Shown here in pieces: positions 40,256-51,900 of a stretch of 64,000 nt of DNA (the first letter of the stretch is position 1; every line of letters starts with the position of its first letter). Both the position numbers and the translations under genes were made by a program. The notes below the pieces were generated by a model that did not search any database, had not been told where the DNA came from, and saw nothing but the letters and a program-made list of their open reading frames with translations. The DNA lies in the NCBI GenBank assembly GCA_040437565.1, contig JBDOQK010000017.1, forward strand, positions 62,001 to 126,000. The letters run 5' to 3'. The stretch comes from Albugo candida. Its lineage: Eukaryota.

Positions 40256-40657
40256 GTTTCTACATCCCACGCAAGAAGCGAGACGGTAGTTTGATAACAA
40301 AAAGCCTCTTTATAAAACCCGGCCTCATAAGCAAATGCACTTTCTTACTTATCAAGTTCTTTTCTTCGTCGCGTTGTATGAGCTTTATATTCAACTCGTT
40401 GTCCCAAGTGACCTTCAAAAGCAGCAACGTGTCCTTGAAACAATTGAAAGATAGATGCGTTGGAACGGGTGGGAGAAGGCATACGATTGCAATGCAGAAA
40501 TCATCTAATATTCTGCAGTAACAACTGCAGGACAAACAATCGGTAAAAAAGGGTTGAAAGTACAAGATGTTAACATCAATGTATGCATGTCCAAAAGCGA
40601 TGCTGAAAAAGAAATTCACCTTATTAGAAGCTGAAATGCAGGCGGTTATTCAAATCC

Positions 40658-43177
40658 TTATTCCAATTTGTGAAAGAGTGACCCCGTAGTTCTCGCATAG
40701 CAAATAACCGCTTGTTCGGTTCGGAAAAGAAATTCGACATCCAAGGTGGTCCATGGACGCATACCCTTACGTATGTCTAGCTGATTCCCTTCCTTGGAAA
40801 AAAATAATCTTATGCAACTTTCTTCTGATATGCACATTCCAAGTATTCGAGGGTCAGTTTGTGTCATCCATAAACAACTAAAGCGGGAATTTGTAGGAGC
40901 GTTAATAAAAACACCTCTTGCTGATTTGCAATACAGCGTAGACAACGTTCCTAAGTGGCAGCTTCAAATGCGACCATAAAAACTCCCGATCATCAAAGTT
41001 TTCACGCACATTTAAAGCGATTCGGGCTAGAGGCCATAGCCCAACAGTCAAGCGGTCGAAGAGTATCATATCCTTTTCGTTTATTCGAACGCCTTCTGTC
41101 ATCATTTTTCTCGAGTATTGCTCGTGTTCTGAGCATATCATTTCGGGAAGCAGCATCATACTTTTACAGGGTCCCGTGCGCACACAACTCTTCAGGAAAT
41201 GATCCATAGCACTCCAAGTCTTTTTCTTGTTAATAATTCTCCATAAATAAAAACGCCTTTCATGAATTAACACCATTCTATCGCTAAATCGATGAAACAA
41301 GTAATCCAAACATCCTTGGCAGTCTTTCCGGTTTTTCCCCTGTCTAGAATTGGAGACAAACAAACAGGTTTTACTTTCTGGAAGCATATTTCTGAACAGC
41401 GATAATTCTGGATACACATTCGGATTGTTTTTTCGCTGACTACAGTAATTGTCGCATTGTCAACGGTTCATCAATGTAATCTTGCCTAATGGCCTGGCGA
41501 ATGGAATGCCTTGGTCTGCTTGGCAACTCATCAAATGAGTGTCCGGAAAAACGGCTAAATTGTACAGAATTATTGTCTTCGTTAGTGAAACACTACTGAA
41601 GAGTAGGATGCCCTTGTTTCCAGCCAAGATTTCGATAATACACTTCAAAATACGAAGTTGTAGATTCTGCCGACTTGATAAGAAAATGCACAGGTTGATT
41701 GTAGGAATTGTTCCAAAATCGCAGCCTCGTGAAGTTGAAATTTTAATGTATCTTCTCCGCTGAAATCTTGCTTAGATACATATTCAGCATCAAGCTGTGA
41801 CATCATGAACCCAAATTCAATATCTTGCTGTGAGGAGATAATGTAGCAAGAATTCCCATGAGCTGGATTGGTGCAGTCTGCTGCAGAATAGCTTTTTTGA
41901 TACAATTGCAATGCTGCAGTACCAACATCATTCAATATTTTCTTGTCTTTTGTAAATATGTGATTCAGCTTCTTACACGCAGCTGTAGATAGCCATTGCA
42001 TACCTGAACAATATCTTCCGGAACAATTCTCACGTATAAGATCTTGGCTGTGTGCTGTTGAGAGTGCAAACAAAGTTTTCAAACCTTCCCTGAATCTTTA
42101 TTAGTGTGTATGCGAAGTCCAAAGGATGTGGTATGAATTGAGATACATTTTTCGCACTGAAAAGAAGCTTTTACCGAAGAGAAACAGCGACCAACGATTA
42201 TTCGAGACGGATGCGCGTTTTGATGTGCTCCAGTCCCTGTGGTAGATATTCTGATTGGGAGCAATGTCTCGAATATGAATTTCGAATACGTGATTGGACC
42301 GACTTCTAACGGTTGGAAAGGAGGATGGCTTTCTGTGTCGTATTCTTCTAGATGAGACATCGCTATGATTTCCTTGCGAAAAAAAAATCATATCTAAATC
42401 TTTCATGTAATTGTACGGCAGGTAAATTCTTTCGATTGATTGTCGTATGCGATGACTTGTAGACAGCACTATCTATCTGCATAGCAAATCGATTTATTCC
42501 GTATTCGAAAATCGCCAACTTTGGNNNNNNNNNNNNNNNNNNNNNNNNNNNNNNNNNNNNNNNNNNNNNNNNNNNNNNNNNNNNNNNNNNNNNNNNNNNN
42601 NNNNNNNNNNNNNNNNNNNNNNNNGAATTTCGAATACGTGATTGGACCGACTTCTAACGGTTGGAAAGGAGGATGGCTTTCTGTGTCGTATTCTTCTAGA
42701 TGAGACATCGCTATGATTTCCTTGCGAAAAAAAAATCATATCTAAATCTTTCATGTAATTGTACGGCAGGTAAATTCTTTCGATTGATTGTCGTATGCGA
42801 TGACTTGTAGACAGCACTATCTATCTGCATAGCAAATCGATTTATTCCGTATTCGAAAATCGCCAACTTTGGTGAAGATGTACGCCAAAGTTTGATGCAG
42901 GAATTCATATTTTTGATTACCTTAGAAAACTTTCAAGCATTGTGATGCGATCTTTAATCAGATAATGAAACGCATTATTATCATTTTTGATAAGCGCAAT
43001 TCGGTCAACACCAACTGTCTGTATCAGACACACACGGCAGCAATTGAAGTTTGCTCCTTGTACTACAAGAATTCCAGTAGAAGATGAAATTGATTCCCAA
43101 CTTTCCAGATTGCTCTGCTTTGTTCCTACGACTAGGATTACGATAAACAAAAGAGAAAAGAATGCCCGGGAAACCAT
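40658..43177 (-). pseudogene. Multi-module CCG effector pseudogene (paralogue A)
   Basis: ATG at 43177, hydrophobic signal peptide MVSRAFFSLLFIVILVVG, then CRVCLIQTVG (CxxCxxxxxG) VDRIAL. Further modules CEKC, CSGRYC, CQGC, GPCKSMMLLPEMICSEH, WMTQ..CISEESC..GMRPW. Broken by stops and frameshifts; includes a gap artefact. Confidence 0.85.
42277..42872. repeat. 248-bp identical duplication around gap 42525-42624 (assembly overlap)
   Basis: 42277-42524 = 42625-42872; both abut the gap. Confidence 0.9.
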
Positions 43178-43930
43178 GCTATTGTGATTATATTTATTCT
43201 TGATGCTGGCACTGCAGCATTGTCCAACCAGACATACACAATCAAATACTTGGCGCCATATAAATTATTTGAGCTACCTCCGCTGTGGTTCCAGTTCCAT
43301 AATGATCGAGTGCCACTGATGTTAGTTATCTTGAAGAAATTCTTGTAAGTACGATGAAGTTTAAATAAGTGTAATTTGACCCACAAATTGGTCACACATT
43401 CTAGCCAGCTTTCTTTAACATTTGTACTTGTTGGTTTATAAAGGGCTCCTATATGAATGACACGATGAAAATGACCCAGTCTTGATGAAAGCTAAAGCTT
43501 CATGAAATATGGAATACTGTGTAGTTATTGCTGGGTATTTGCGATCCATAATAATAAGGGCTGGTACAATGTGATAAAAGGTCCGTTTGCAGAATGGCAT
43601 CAACAACTAGCAACAGGCAATTCTCCTATTTTGCTGGTCTGTTCCGAACATGTTGGGATGGTCTCAGCGATTCAAGCATTCAAACGAAAAGAAGGCTGTT
43701 TCTTACGCGCAATTTCAGATCTCATCTAACCAATTTGTCTCTCTTTCAGGAAGGAACAAGCCCGCAAAATCCGCACCCTTCAAGTAGTACCAGTTTCTAT
43801 AAACTCACCTAAATATTTACTTGAATGCCGCCAAAAAAATTTCAGTACACTTCACATATTTTTGATGAGTATTGCATCATTGCTGCATCAGCACGCGCAA
43901 GCAAAAAATAATAAAATTGTATTACCTATG

Positions 43931-44302
43931 CTCAGTTGAAGGTGTCTATATTACTAGAATTAGACTAACTGACTTCTCTAGTTGCCTAGGCTATNNNNNN
44001 NNNNNNNNNNNNNNNNNNNNNNNNNNNNNNNNNNNNNNNNNNNNNNNNNNNNNNNNNNNNNNNNNNNNNNNNNNNNNNNNNNNNNNNNNNNNNNCTCAGT
44101 TGAAGGTGTCTATATTACTAGAATTAGACTAACTGACTTCTCTAGTTGCCTAGGCTATCTTAAATAACATAAATACATATAAAAAGACGTTTTCGTGAAA
44201 TACCTGTGAGAGATGATAATATGTCTTCTCGTTGATAATCCCGTATCGCAGTAGCCTCAGCACCCTTAATACGAGACTGTGTCCAGCTTGTAAATGCTGT
44301 AA
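43931..44302 (-). mobile_element. Short 5'-truncated LINE 3'-UTR copy (with a 64-bp gap-overlap duplication)
   Basis: Reverse complement matches 33820-34279 minus the SINE; flanked by GTATTACCTATGCTCA (43919-43934) and GTATTGCCTGTGCTCA (44303-44318), a probable 16-bp TSD with 2 mismatches. Confidence 0.8.
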
Positions 44303-45817
44303 GTATTGCCTGTGCTCATTCATATTGGTAGGAGCTCAGATAACGGGAAACGCTCTTATCACGGTAAAACAATGAAAGAATATATGCCTCTAGATATTTA
44401 TTGTTTCATGGGAATAAGGAATACGCGATGCTAAATGCATTCCAATCCCATTTGTCGGAAAGCATGTCGACTGGATTCGGGTTTATGTTCTCAGTGTTAA
44501 AAAGAAGTGACAAGCGATTTGCACATCAATAATAAAAAAAAATACAGGAGATCAACTTTGCTGTCTTAATTCAGAGAAGATGATCAGGCTTTTCGACAGC
44601 CTGATCATCCATTTTTCACTTGCGATCTTGATTTTTTTTAGAGAGAAGATAAAATGCACGGCAGCTGTCGTGTAAGTCGATGTGTAAGTTTGCTCTATAA
44701 TTATCGCTACGAGAGTTCGATTTAGTCTTCTCAAATGGTTGAATAAATATCAAGCTTCATCTGGAGCCAAGAGGGAAAACTCAAGTTGTGGGTAGCAGCA
44801 AATTCATCAAGATGGTAAGATGCCTAGGAGTTGAGCACATGAATATGAATGAGAAATCAGAGCTTATCAAACATGTGGTCTACTATATACATAGCGTAAT
44901 CTCTGCCTTTGTGGCTCTACAACAAGACAATAAGGTGAGCTTCCATATTACCAACATTCTTTTCGTGCACTATAGCTTTGATGGATCTTGTATTTCAGTA
45001 CGTACGAGCACTCATACATATGCTTTACAAAATCATTTATCTTGGCCTCTTCGATGAAGCTTCAAATTCATACAAATGCGGATGCATCACTGCATTCGAT
45101 CCAACATGTCACTCGATTGAGTCGGAATTTTGTGTGCAAGCTGTGGGTATGAAGAGAGTGTATGTGCAACCAGCATTATAGAAATCGAGGGAAAGTGTGC
45201 TTCAGCTCGTGAACAAAAATTGTGTGTTATAATTCTGATTTTTGTACACTGTAAAAGAGCGTAATAATTCACATCGCACAACGCGTTACGAAACAATCAT
45301 TCCGAGTGGAATCTATCGCTATGGTATTGTGGGCACTTGGTGGAAAATGCAGAGACAATCTTTATACATTCAGAATCATATCATCAAATAAACGTATTTT
45401 TACTACCATCTGTATGGCTGTATCTGCATCCAATGTTCATTCATACATCCTCTATCACGTTCACATCCTAAAGCCGAATGATGGTCTTATTCTTTATCCT
45501 CCATCGCCATTTTCGAAAGGTTTGTGCATCAGCTGACTCACGTTTCAATAACTGAGCTCCTTGCGGTGTATTTGAGTATTTTATGATCCGAGGTGATGTG
45601 GGTGATGAGGTATTCGAATCAATGCGAGTCGGTGAACTGATACCGAAACAGCTCTCTTCTTTGCTCGGTGTTCGATATTGTGTGCAATTAGGTCAGGATT
45701 ATGTAAGTGGGTTGACCACACTATATCAGTGTTGATTGGATCGCGGCCCCTGTTTGTGGCGGTTGTGGTTTGAACGTAATGATGATACGTATTCTTGAAC
45801 ATTGACGGTGAATGAGG

Positions 45818-47830
45818 CTACTTGTGGCGAGCTCCTGCTGTCATATTGCGCAATCGCTCGACAAGAGACACAACTTTGCTTTTGGGTTTAGCTATCTTCT
45901 GTGTCGTGGACCACTTTATCACAGGATTTAGACTGGCAACTTGACTTTTGTGGTTCACATTATCTGACGTTTTTTTCTGTGTGCGATGTTTTCTTCTCCC
46001 ATGACGACTTTTCCATTGATTCCACAATGATAATGAGCCATTTTCCTCGTTTACAGAATCCTGGCTATTTCCTTCCAGCGCCATATCTTTAAAGCTCATA
46101 TTACCTTCACCGTTAACAATCTCTTGCGGAATAGCATATGTGTTAATTTCATCCACTTCCAAATCTTTCTTTTGTGTAACAAACACCATTTTCGGCACAA
46201 CCCGTTCTTCCTCCTTGTGTGTTGAAATACTTTCCATCCAAGTATCAAAATCGATGGCGGTATACACGTCACCATCATTCTCCAATGTCGTCACGAATAA
46301 AGCCGTTCGCAACGCATTTTGATATTTACGTCGCACGTTATATCCTCGAAAGGCTGTTTGCATGCGATTTGCAGCCACAAAAGCTTTTCGACTTTGCCGC
46401 ATCTCAGTGACCCAAAACTTCCATGTAGATCGGAAAAGCCTTTTCGATGAAAGGACTACGTAAAGGGTGTATACTCTTCTTCCTCGAGCACGCAAAACGT
46501 CCGAAATGAACTGTTTTTGAAGTAAGGAAATTTGGTCTTGATGCCTCATATTATGTATCTCACTCCGGATTCGCAAACACTCTTTGAGCTGACTCAACAA
46601 ATTGCATCGCAATTGATTTTGTTGTAACTGATATAGTGTGCAACGTTTTCTCATCAAAACACGTTCTTTGAACGAAGCGATATCTTCCCACGACATACAT
46701 TCTCTCTCCGCTCGGAGAAAACGTTCGGATTGGATATTAAACAGCTCTTCTCGTTCCATTGCAATATTTTCTCGAAGTGAACGATCCATTTCGAGTTGAC
46801 AGACTGTTTGTCGGTGAACTTGATGACGATGACGTTCTTCGAGCTCTGTGAGTACCACCTTCCATTGGATTTTTTGACGAGCAATAAAGTCACGCATCTC
46901 CTGTATTCGACGTCGTTCAAATGCCTCCGCCCGCAATTGGTCCGCTAGCCGTTGTCGTTCATACTTTTCCTCTGAAGCCATCAAGTTCGATTCGCGGGTA
47001 CTGTTCGCCTTGTCTCGCCTTTTACTTTCTCGTATTTTGCTTTCTACATCCTCATCGGTCATTGCAATGCCTTCCATACATTCACGCTCCGAATTTCGGC
47101 AAAGGTGACCAAAGCAATCTTCTATAATCATAGTGGAATTTTCGTCTTCCTGCTTCTGTAATGCGTACATACATTCCCTTTCGACCAATTCATCGACAAT
47201 GATGTCTTCCAGGATATCATACTTGAGCTTAAAAACCTCCTCAAATGCATCTGTGATCGAAAATGGATTTTGAAGAATTGAACAACATGATGCTGCTTGC
47301 TCACTCGAAATCGCAGATGGGCACTCTTCCAATCTTTCTTCTTCTATATACTCGTCTATTGCACTTCCATACAATTGAGCTGCTGCATCGTATAGATCGA
47401 AGCTACTCGTTTTAGTGGGTGTACTGAGCACAATGAGTGGTTCCAAACATAAATGCGGAAAATCGGTTAATGCTGATGATTGTAGCTGACAATCCTTTCG
47501 ATCGCTCTCCTCCGCGAACACGTCAGATACATCTTTGGTATGATCCTCGCAATCGTTGAGTGAAGCGAGCTCCTGACAAACTTTATCGCAATAGTCGTCT
47601 CCATAGTTCTTTGCATAGATTATGAAATTAATCAGTTCGATGGAATCAGATTTGAGAGTATCTGACTCTGATTCCCTGTTTTGTATCACGAGATCCACAT
47701 CCATTGAATTTAATCCCACACGCTCCTCTATCTCAGTGCTGTCGAAGTCATCATCATCCTCATTGATGATAAGCTGCTTGATTTGTAAGGCAAGCTCCTT
47801 TTCCAATGCTGCTCTCTCCTCGACGTCCAT
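45818..47830 (-). CDS. 670-aa coiled-coil protein with IQ calmodulin-binding motif, LRRIQ1-like
   Basis: Long intact ORF; IQ motif MQTAFRGYNVRRKY followed by an acidic Y.xIDF segment; acidic N-terminus; central E/R/Q-rich coiled coil. The LRRIQ1 resemblance is from memory, not a search. Confidence 0.85.
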   Translation of the reverse strand: MDVEERAALEKELALQIKQLIINEDDDDFDSTEIEERVGLNSMDVDLVIQNRESESDTLKSDSIELINFIIYAKNYGDDYCDKVCQELASLNDCEDHTKDVSDVFAEESDRKDCQLQSSALTDFPHLCLEPLIVLSTPTKTSSFDLYDAAAQLYGSAIDEYIEEERLEECPSAISSEQAASCCSILQNPFSITDAFEEVFKLKYDILEDIIVDELVERECMYALQKQEDENSTMIIEDCFGHLCRNSERECMEGIAMTDEDVESKIRESKRRDKANSTRESNLMASEEKYERQRLADQLRAEAFERRRIQEMRDFIARQKIQWKVVLTELEERHRHQVHRQTVCQLEMDRSLRENIAMEREELFNIQSERFLRAERECMSWEDIASFKERVLMRKRCTLYQLQQNQLRCNLLSQLKECLRIRSEIHNMRHQDQISLLQKQFISDVLRARGRRVYTLYVVLSSKRLFRSTWKFWVTEMRQSRKAFVAANRMQTAFRGYNVRRKYQNALRTALFVTTLENDGDVYTAIDFDTWMESISTHKEEERVVPKMVFVTQKKDLEVDEINTYAIPQEIVNGEGNMSFKDMALEGNSQDSVNEENGSLSLWNQWKSRHGRRKHRTQKKTSDNVNHKSQVASLNPVIKWSTTQKIAKPKSKVVSLVERLRNMTAGARHK

Positions 47831-48000
47831 CTAATTGAACCGATCGCGCGATTCAGACGGCATTTTTTTCAACACTATGTAGGAATCTAATTATACACAA
47901 CTCTAGCGCGTCACTCTGTTGTTTCATTTGTTTTGCAGTTATCATCTTTCACAGTACATTATACATCCACTACACATCAAACTATACACTACAATCACGA

Positions 48001-49551
48001 TCAGTTTAATATCTCTCGCACATGCTCCACAGGAACGCAATTCTTCTCACATCCAACGAATACCTGAGTGCCTGATCTGACTAACGCCCCATTCCTTCCA
48101 GATAGCACCCGCGCAATTCCTTGAAATCCAAGACTTCCGATAAAATTCTCTTCCAGCTGTAAATTCTCAAGATGCGGCATTACCCTTCGATCTAATTTCA
48201 TCAAAGCAGCAAGGCGTAATATCGCACCATCGGTCAGAATGTTTCGACCCAAATCAAGCATTTGAAGGCGATGTGCAAGAGTATCTTCGGTTTGGCTTGA
48301 TCGCGCACTATTGAATAACAATGTCCATAGCGCGTGACTTGAAGCTTCGCCCATAAAATTGTTTCGTAGCATCAGCGAATGTATGTTCCTGAAGCATGGG
48401 GCTTCTAATAAGTGTGCGATCACACAAAGTCGCTCGTCGCCTAATATATTGGATTCCAATTTCAGGTGCTTTAAACTAGGCGAGCGATCCAAATTCTTAG
48501 CCAATGCCGATAAACACATAACAGTGGCATCACCTTCCGCTGCACAATCAAAGGGTGCAATCAATTCCAATGACTCGAGTTTCAAAAGCGCATTGCTACT
48601 AAGTGCGGATGCAAGTTCCGTAACCAGCGCAGATCCAATCAGATGAGTCGGTTTCTGCGTTCCGGACTGTGCGCTAGATCTAGGACTATCCGTTAACGGT
48701 AGAATTCGTGAAAATCCAGTTTTGTGTCCGTCGTTATGACTGTTTCTGATCACTAGTGTCTTCACGTTGGAGCATTGCACCAGTAAAGACTTGAAATGTT
48801 GCTGCAGTGATCGACATTGCTCCTTACCTGCGTCAATGATGAGTGACGAGATCATTGAGGGAGCATGATTAAAAAAAAAACGATTAAGGGAGCGATAACG
48901 CCAAATTTCATCGCCAGAGAGATAACTAAGTACGTTTCCCACTAAGTCCACGTTGGTGATCAAAAATGATGGAACAGCGGTTGTTTCCACACATTCTTTT
49001 TGCATTGAAACGTCGGTTGGCTGGTTCAATATACGAGGTTGAAACTCAGCGCTTTTTCGTGTCTTCTTTCGAGGACTCTGAGCAAACGGTGAAGTCAAAC
49101 TAGACCATCGCTTCACAAGGTTATCTTCTGTTGGAGTATTAAGGGAGTTATAATCGAGTGTAGTCGAGGCGGGGCACACACGCTTTGAACCCACGCGTTT
49201 GTGTGTTGCAAGTGGGGATACGTTTTGAAAAACGCCAGAATTAAATTGTGTAACCAACGCATGGACGCGCCGTTCTAAGGAACAAACATTCATATACTCT
49301 TCAAGTGAGTATGCGCTCTTGAATAACATCAATTCAATTCGTTGTACTAATTGTGAGCTTGAAATTGGTGTCACGTCGGAAGGACGACGGCTTTGAAGTG
49401 CTGGATGAAGCCTTTGTAATCGACTAATCATGAACCGTCTTATCTGTGTGTGATCTCCTTGACTGTGCCAAGACTCCTGTGACTGTGACTGTGACTGTGA
49501 CTCATGCATACCGGTTGGCACTGATGGGAATGCTCGCACGCGTAATGTCAT
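48001..49551 (-). CDS. 516-aa protein: N-terminal KIX/Med15-like helical domain, F-box-like segment, RNI-type leucine-rich repeats
   Basis: Long intact ORF; LVQRIELMLFKSAYSLEEYMN (KIX_2-like), DLVGNVLSYLS..IWRYRSLNRFF (F-box-like), repeats LKHLKLESNILGD, IHSLMLRNNFMGE, LQMLDLGRNILTD, LENLQLEENFIGS. Confidence 0.88.
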   Translation of the reverse strand: MTLRVRAFPSVPTGMHESQSQSQSQESWHSQGDHTQIRRFMISRLQRLHPALQSRRPSDVTPISSSQLVQRIELMLFKSAYSLEEYMNVCSLERRVHALVTQFNSGVFQNVSPLATHKRVGSKRVCPASTTLDYNSLNTPTEDNLVKRWSSLTSPFAQSPRKKTRKSAEFQPRILNQPTDVSMQKECVETTAVPSFLITNVDLVGNVLSYLSGDEIWRYRSLNRFFFNHAPSMISSLIIDAGKEQCRSLQQHFKSLLVQCSNVKTLVIRNSHNDGHKTGFSRILPLTDSPRSSAQSGTQKPTHLIGSALVTELASALSSNALLKLESLELIAPFDCAAEGDATVMCLSALAKNLDRSPSLKHLKLESNILGDERLCVIAHLLEAPCFRNIHSLMLRNNFMGEASSHALWTLLFNSARSSQTEDTLAHRLQMLDLGRNILTDGAILRLAALMKLDRRVMPHLENLQLEENFIGSLGFQGIARVLSGRNGALVRSGTQVFVGCEKNCVPVEHVREILN

Positions 49552-51199
49552 AAGTACTGCTGATCAAAATTAAGTTTAACACGTTCTAAGCACGACCAGA
49601 ATCGAAAAATGACCAGCCGATATTCCTGACGTTCGCTCGCTCTTAAAAAAGTGGCCTTTCTCTACAAGCTATACCTAAACCCGCCAACTTTTGTACTTTA
49701 CTTTAAGGGGTACATGAACACGTTTATACAGGGTGCCTCGTTGGTACAAAAAGCTAGAGCCTATTCTCTCCACGTGGACAGGTACGACGTTATTTTCCTG
49801 TCACAGGAAACCGGCCATAACCCTTTCCCACAAAGAAGTGAAGCCTTCAATGAGGTGTCATCGGAGCACATTTCCTGTCTTGCAAAAAAACAGAACGGTT
49901 AAGTTGCCCGAAATTTGGCTGGTTATAACAAGAATGACAACTTTCTCGTTTGCTCGAACACTGATTGGTTAAACCGCGGAGAAAAGAGCAACACTTTTCC
50001 TGCATCAGAAATGTCAGAGAACAAAAGGTTACACTATGCAGTTTATGGTACATACGGTTTGAGATTTCTTTCGATGAAAATTACAGCGTTCTTTTGTTCA
50101 GAAATCGTTTCCAGACTGACTCTGTCCACGCTCCCTTGCTACTTCCTACTGCGAGACGTACATTCACACATCAGGTGTTTCACTCTATCATTGTCATTTG
50201 TTCTTATCATACTCGACTTCTAAATAACGCGAAATATTTCTCAACTTCAATCATACTGAAAAATGCTGCGCTGTGTTCAACGATAAGCGTAACGAACGGA
50301 TGTGGCGGCACCACCGATTGAAGCAAAAGATTAGGTTCGTGCTGTGATTGATTTCATCAACTAGTGGCGTTGTAACGCTCGTCATATCAAACGCTCCCCT
50401 TACTTTGATCGTAACAGACGTACCACTTTACTACATGTCCATCATTCTTGCGAGTGCAGCTCTTTCAATCACCCACGTACTTGATGGTGATAAAATGACT
50501 CGGAAGTTCTACCTATCCACGCTTTGTTGCAGCTGATAACGGCGCGCAAATCGATCCAGCATCTCCAAGATCGGTGAAGGAATTGTTTGTTGCTGCGAGT
50601 AGATTTGATTGATAGCTTTGATAGTCATTCCTGTTATGAAAGCTGCTTCACTCGACAACGAACAAATCACCTGTCCATAACATTGTTCACACAGCCAGTA
50701 AGAACCAATACCGACAGCTAGACACACGAAAGGTCTTGAGAGAATACCGATTCAAAGTAAGAGTATAACGCACCTTTTCACATGTCCCAAATGCTGTAGA
50801 AAACTTGAATTTTACTACGCTTTCTCTTGTATGTTTGTGTAATCATTACTTCTCATAAAGAAGATACGGTAAATACTGTTGTGACACACCATCCGCATTC
50901 AAGAACATTTACTGGAGAGTAAACGTAATCATTGCAAATAGAGTACGTTCTGTCCCCACTTGTCCTTGTAATCAATGATTACTACGACTTCTTGACCATT
51001 TTAACAACAGCGATACGAAGCGTCCCAAACACATCACCGTAAAAAGATTGGTTTATATTATAGTCAACTTGTCCACTACCGTAAATACAAGCTTTTATTG
51101 GGCTACATTTGTGATTACTTTTGTGACACCGCCGTGATAATGTAATTGTGAACAATTCCTACATCACTTACGAAAGTTCAACACAGTTTACCGAATATT

Positions 51200-51900
51200 A
51201 ACACCTTATCGAGCTGCTTGAGAAATTATCCGAATCCTAAAAATATTGAGAGTCATTGGAAGTTTACTGTCCATCTGTTTGTTGATTGTCAAACCTGCAT
51301 TAGGGTGATTACACAGAGAATATGGCATTCTTATACGCAGAAACAGGTGATTTATGTAACGATATTTTTGAGAAGCAATACCATCAGTGTGGAGATGTGA
51401 GAAGCAAATTGATTTCTTCATATAATGTTGTGAATCGTTCCTGCTAATGATTTATACGCACTTATAACTGATTATGTAGTCCAATCAAATTTGAATACAT
51501 GCGACTCTTTTGTCTCTGACAAACTAATTACAATTTTGATGCCATTGATTGACCGTTATCATTCCGAGGATGTAAAAAGCACCACGCTCTATCAGTTAAC
51601 ATCTCAGTATGGATTCTGGCTTAGAGGCATTCAGCCATTATCTTTCATGTGGCAGCTTCTTGGCACTAGCTTTTCATTTGACCGCAAACATGGAGATACA
51701 TATGTTACCGCGTCATTCACTATCGAAGAAAATAAAGATGTGACAGGTTGCTGTAGAGCTTTATTTTTCGAAGCTTCTATGATGCTCCTATTGTGAAAGT
51801 AATCATTTGGACTGAAACAAAGCCATACACAAATTCTATTGGGCAACATGCTTACTTTTAGACACAATGCAAACGAATTTACTAATGCTGGTCTACGAAG
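51200..51900 (+). pseudogene. Degenerate CCG-like multi-module gene remnant
   Basis: DCQTCIRVITQRIWH (51284-51330), CDSFVSDKLIT, and FGLKQSHTQIL (51806-51838), which matches WMTQSHTQIL of the cargo module. Confidence 0.5.

Noticed and set aside
42277-42872. Internal duplication in CCG paralogue A
   Set aside because: Identical 248-bp copies flanking a gap; assembly artefact.
43931-44158. Tandem 64-bp repeat
   Set aside because: Gap-flanking overlap artefact.
44788-45181. Possible small spliced gene
   Set aside because: GT..AG pairs are present but there is no recognisable protein similarity.
49478-49503. (GACTGT)n microsatellite
   Set aside because: Simply encodes the SQ repeat in the LRR gene.
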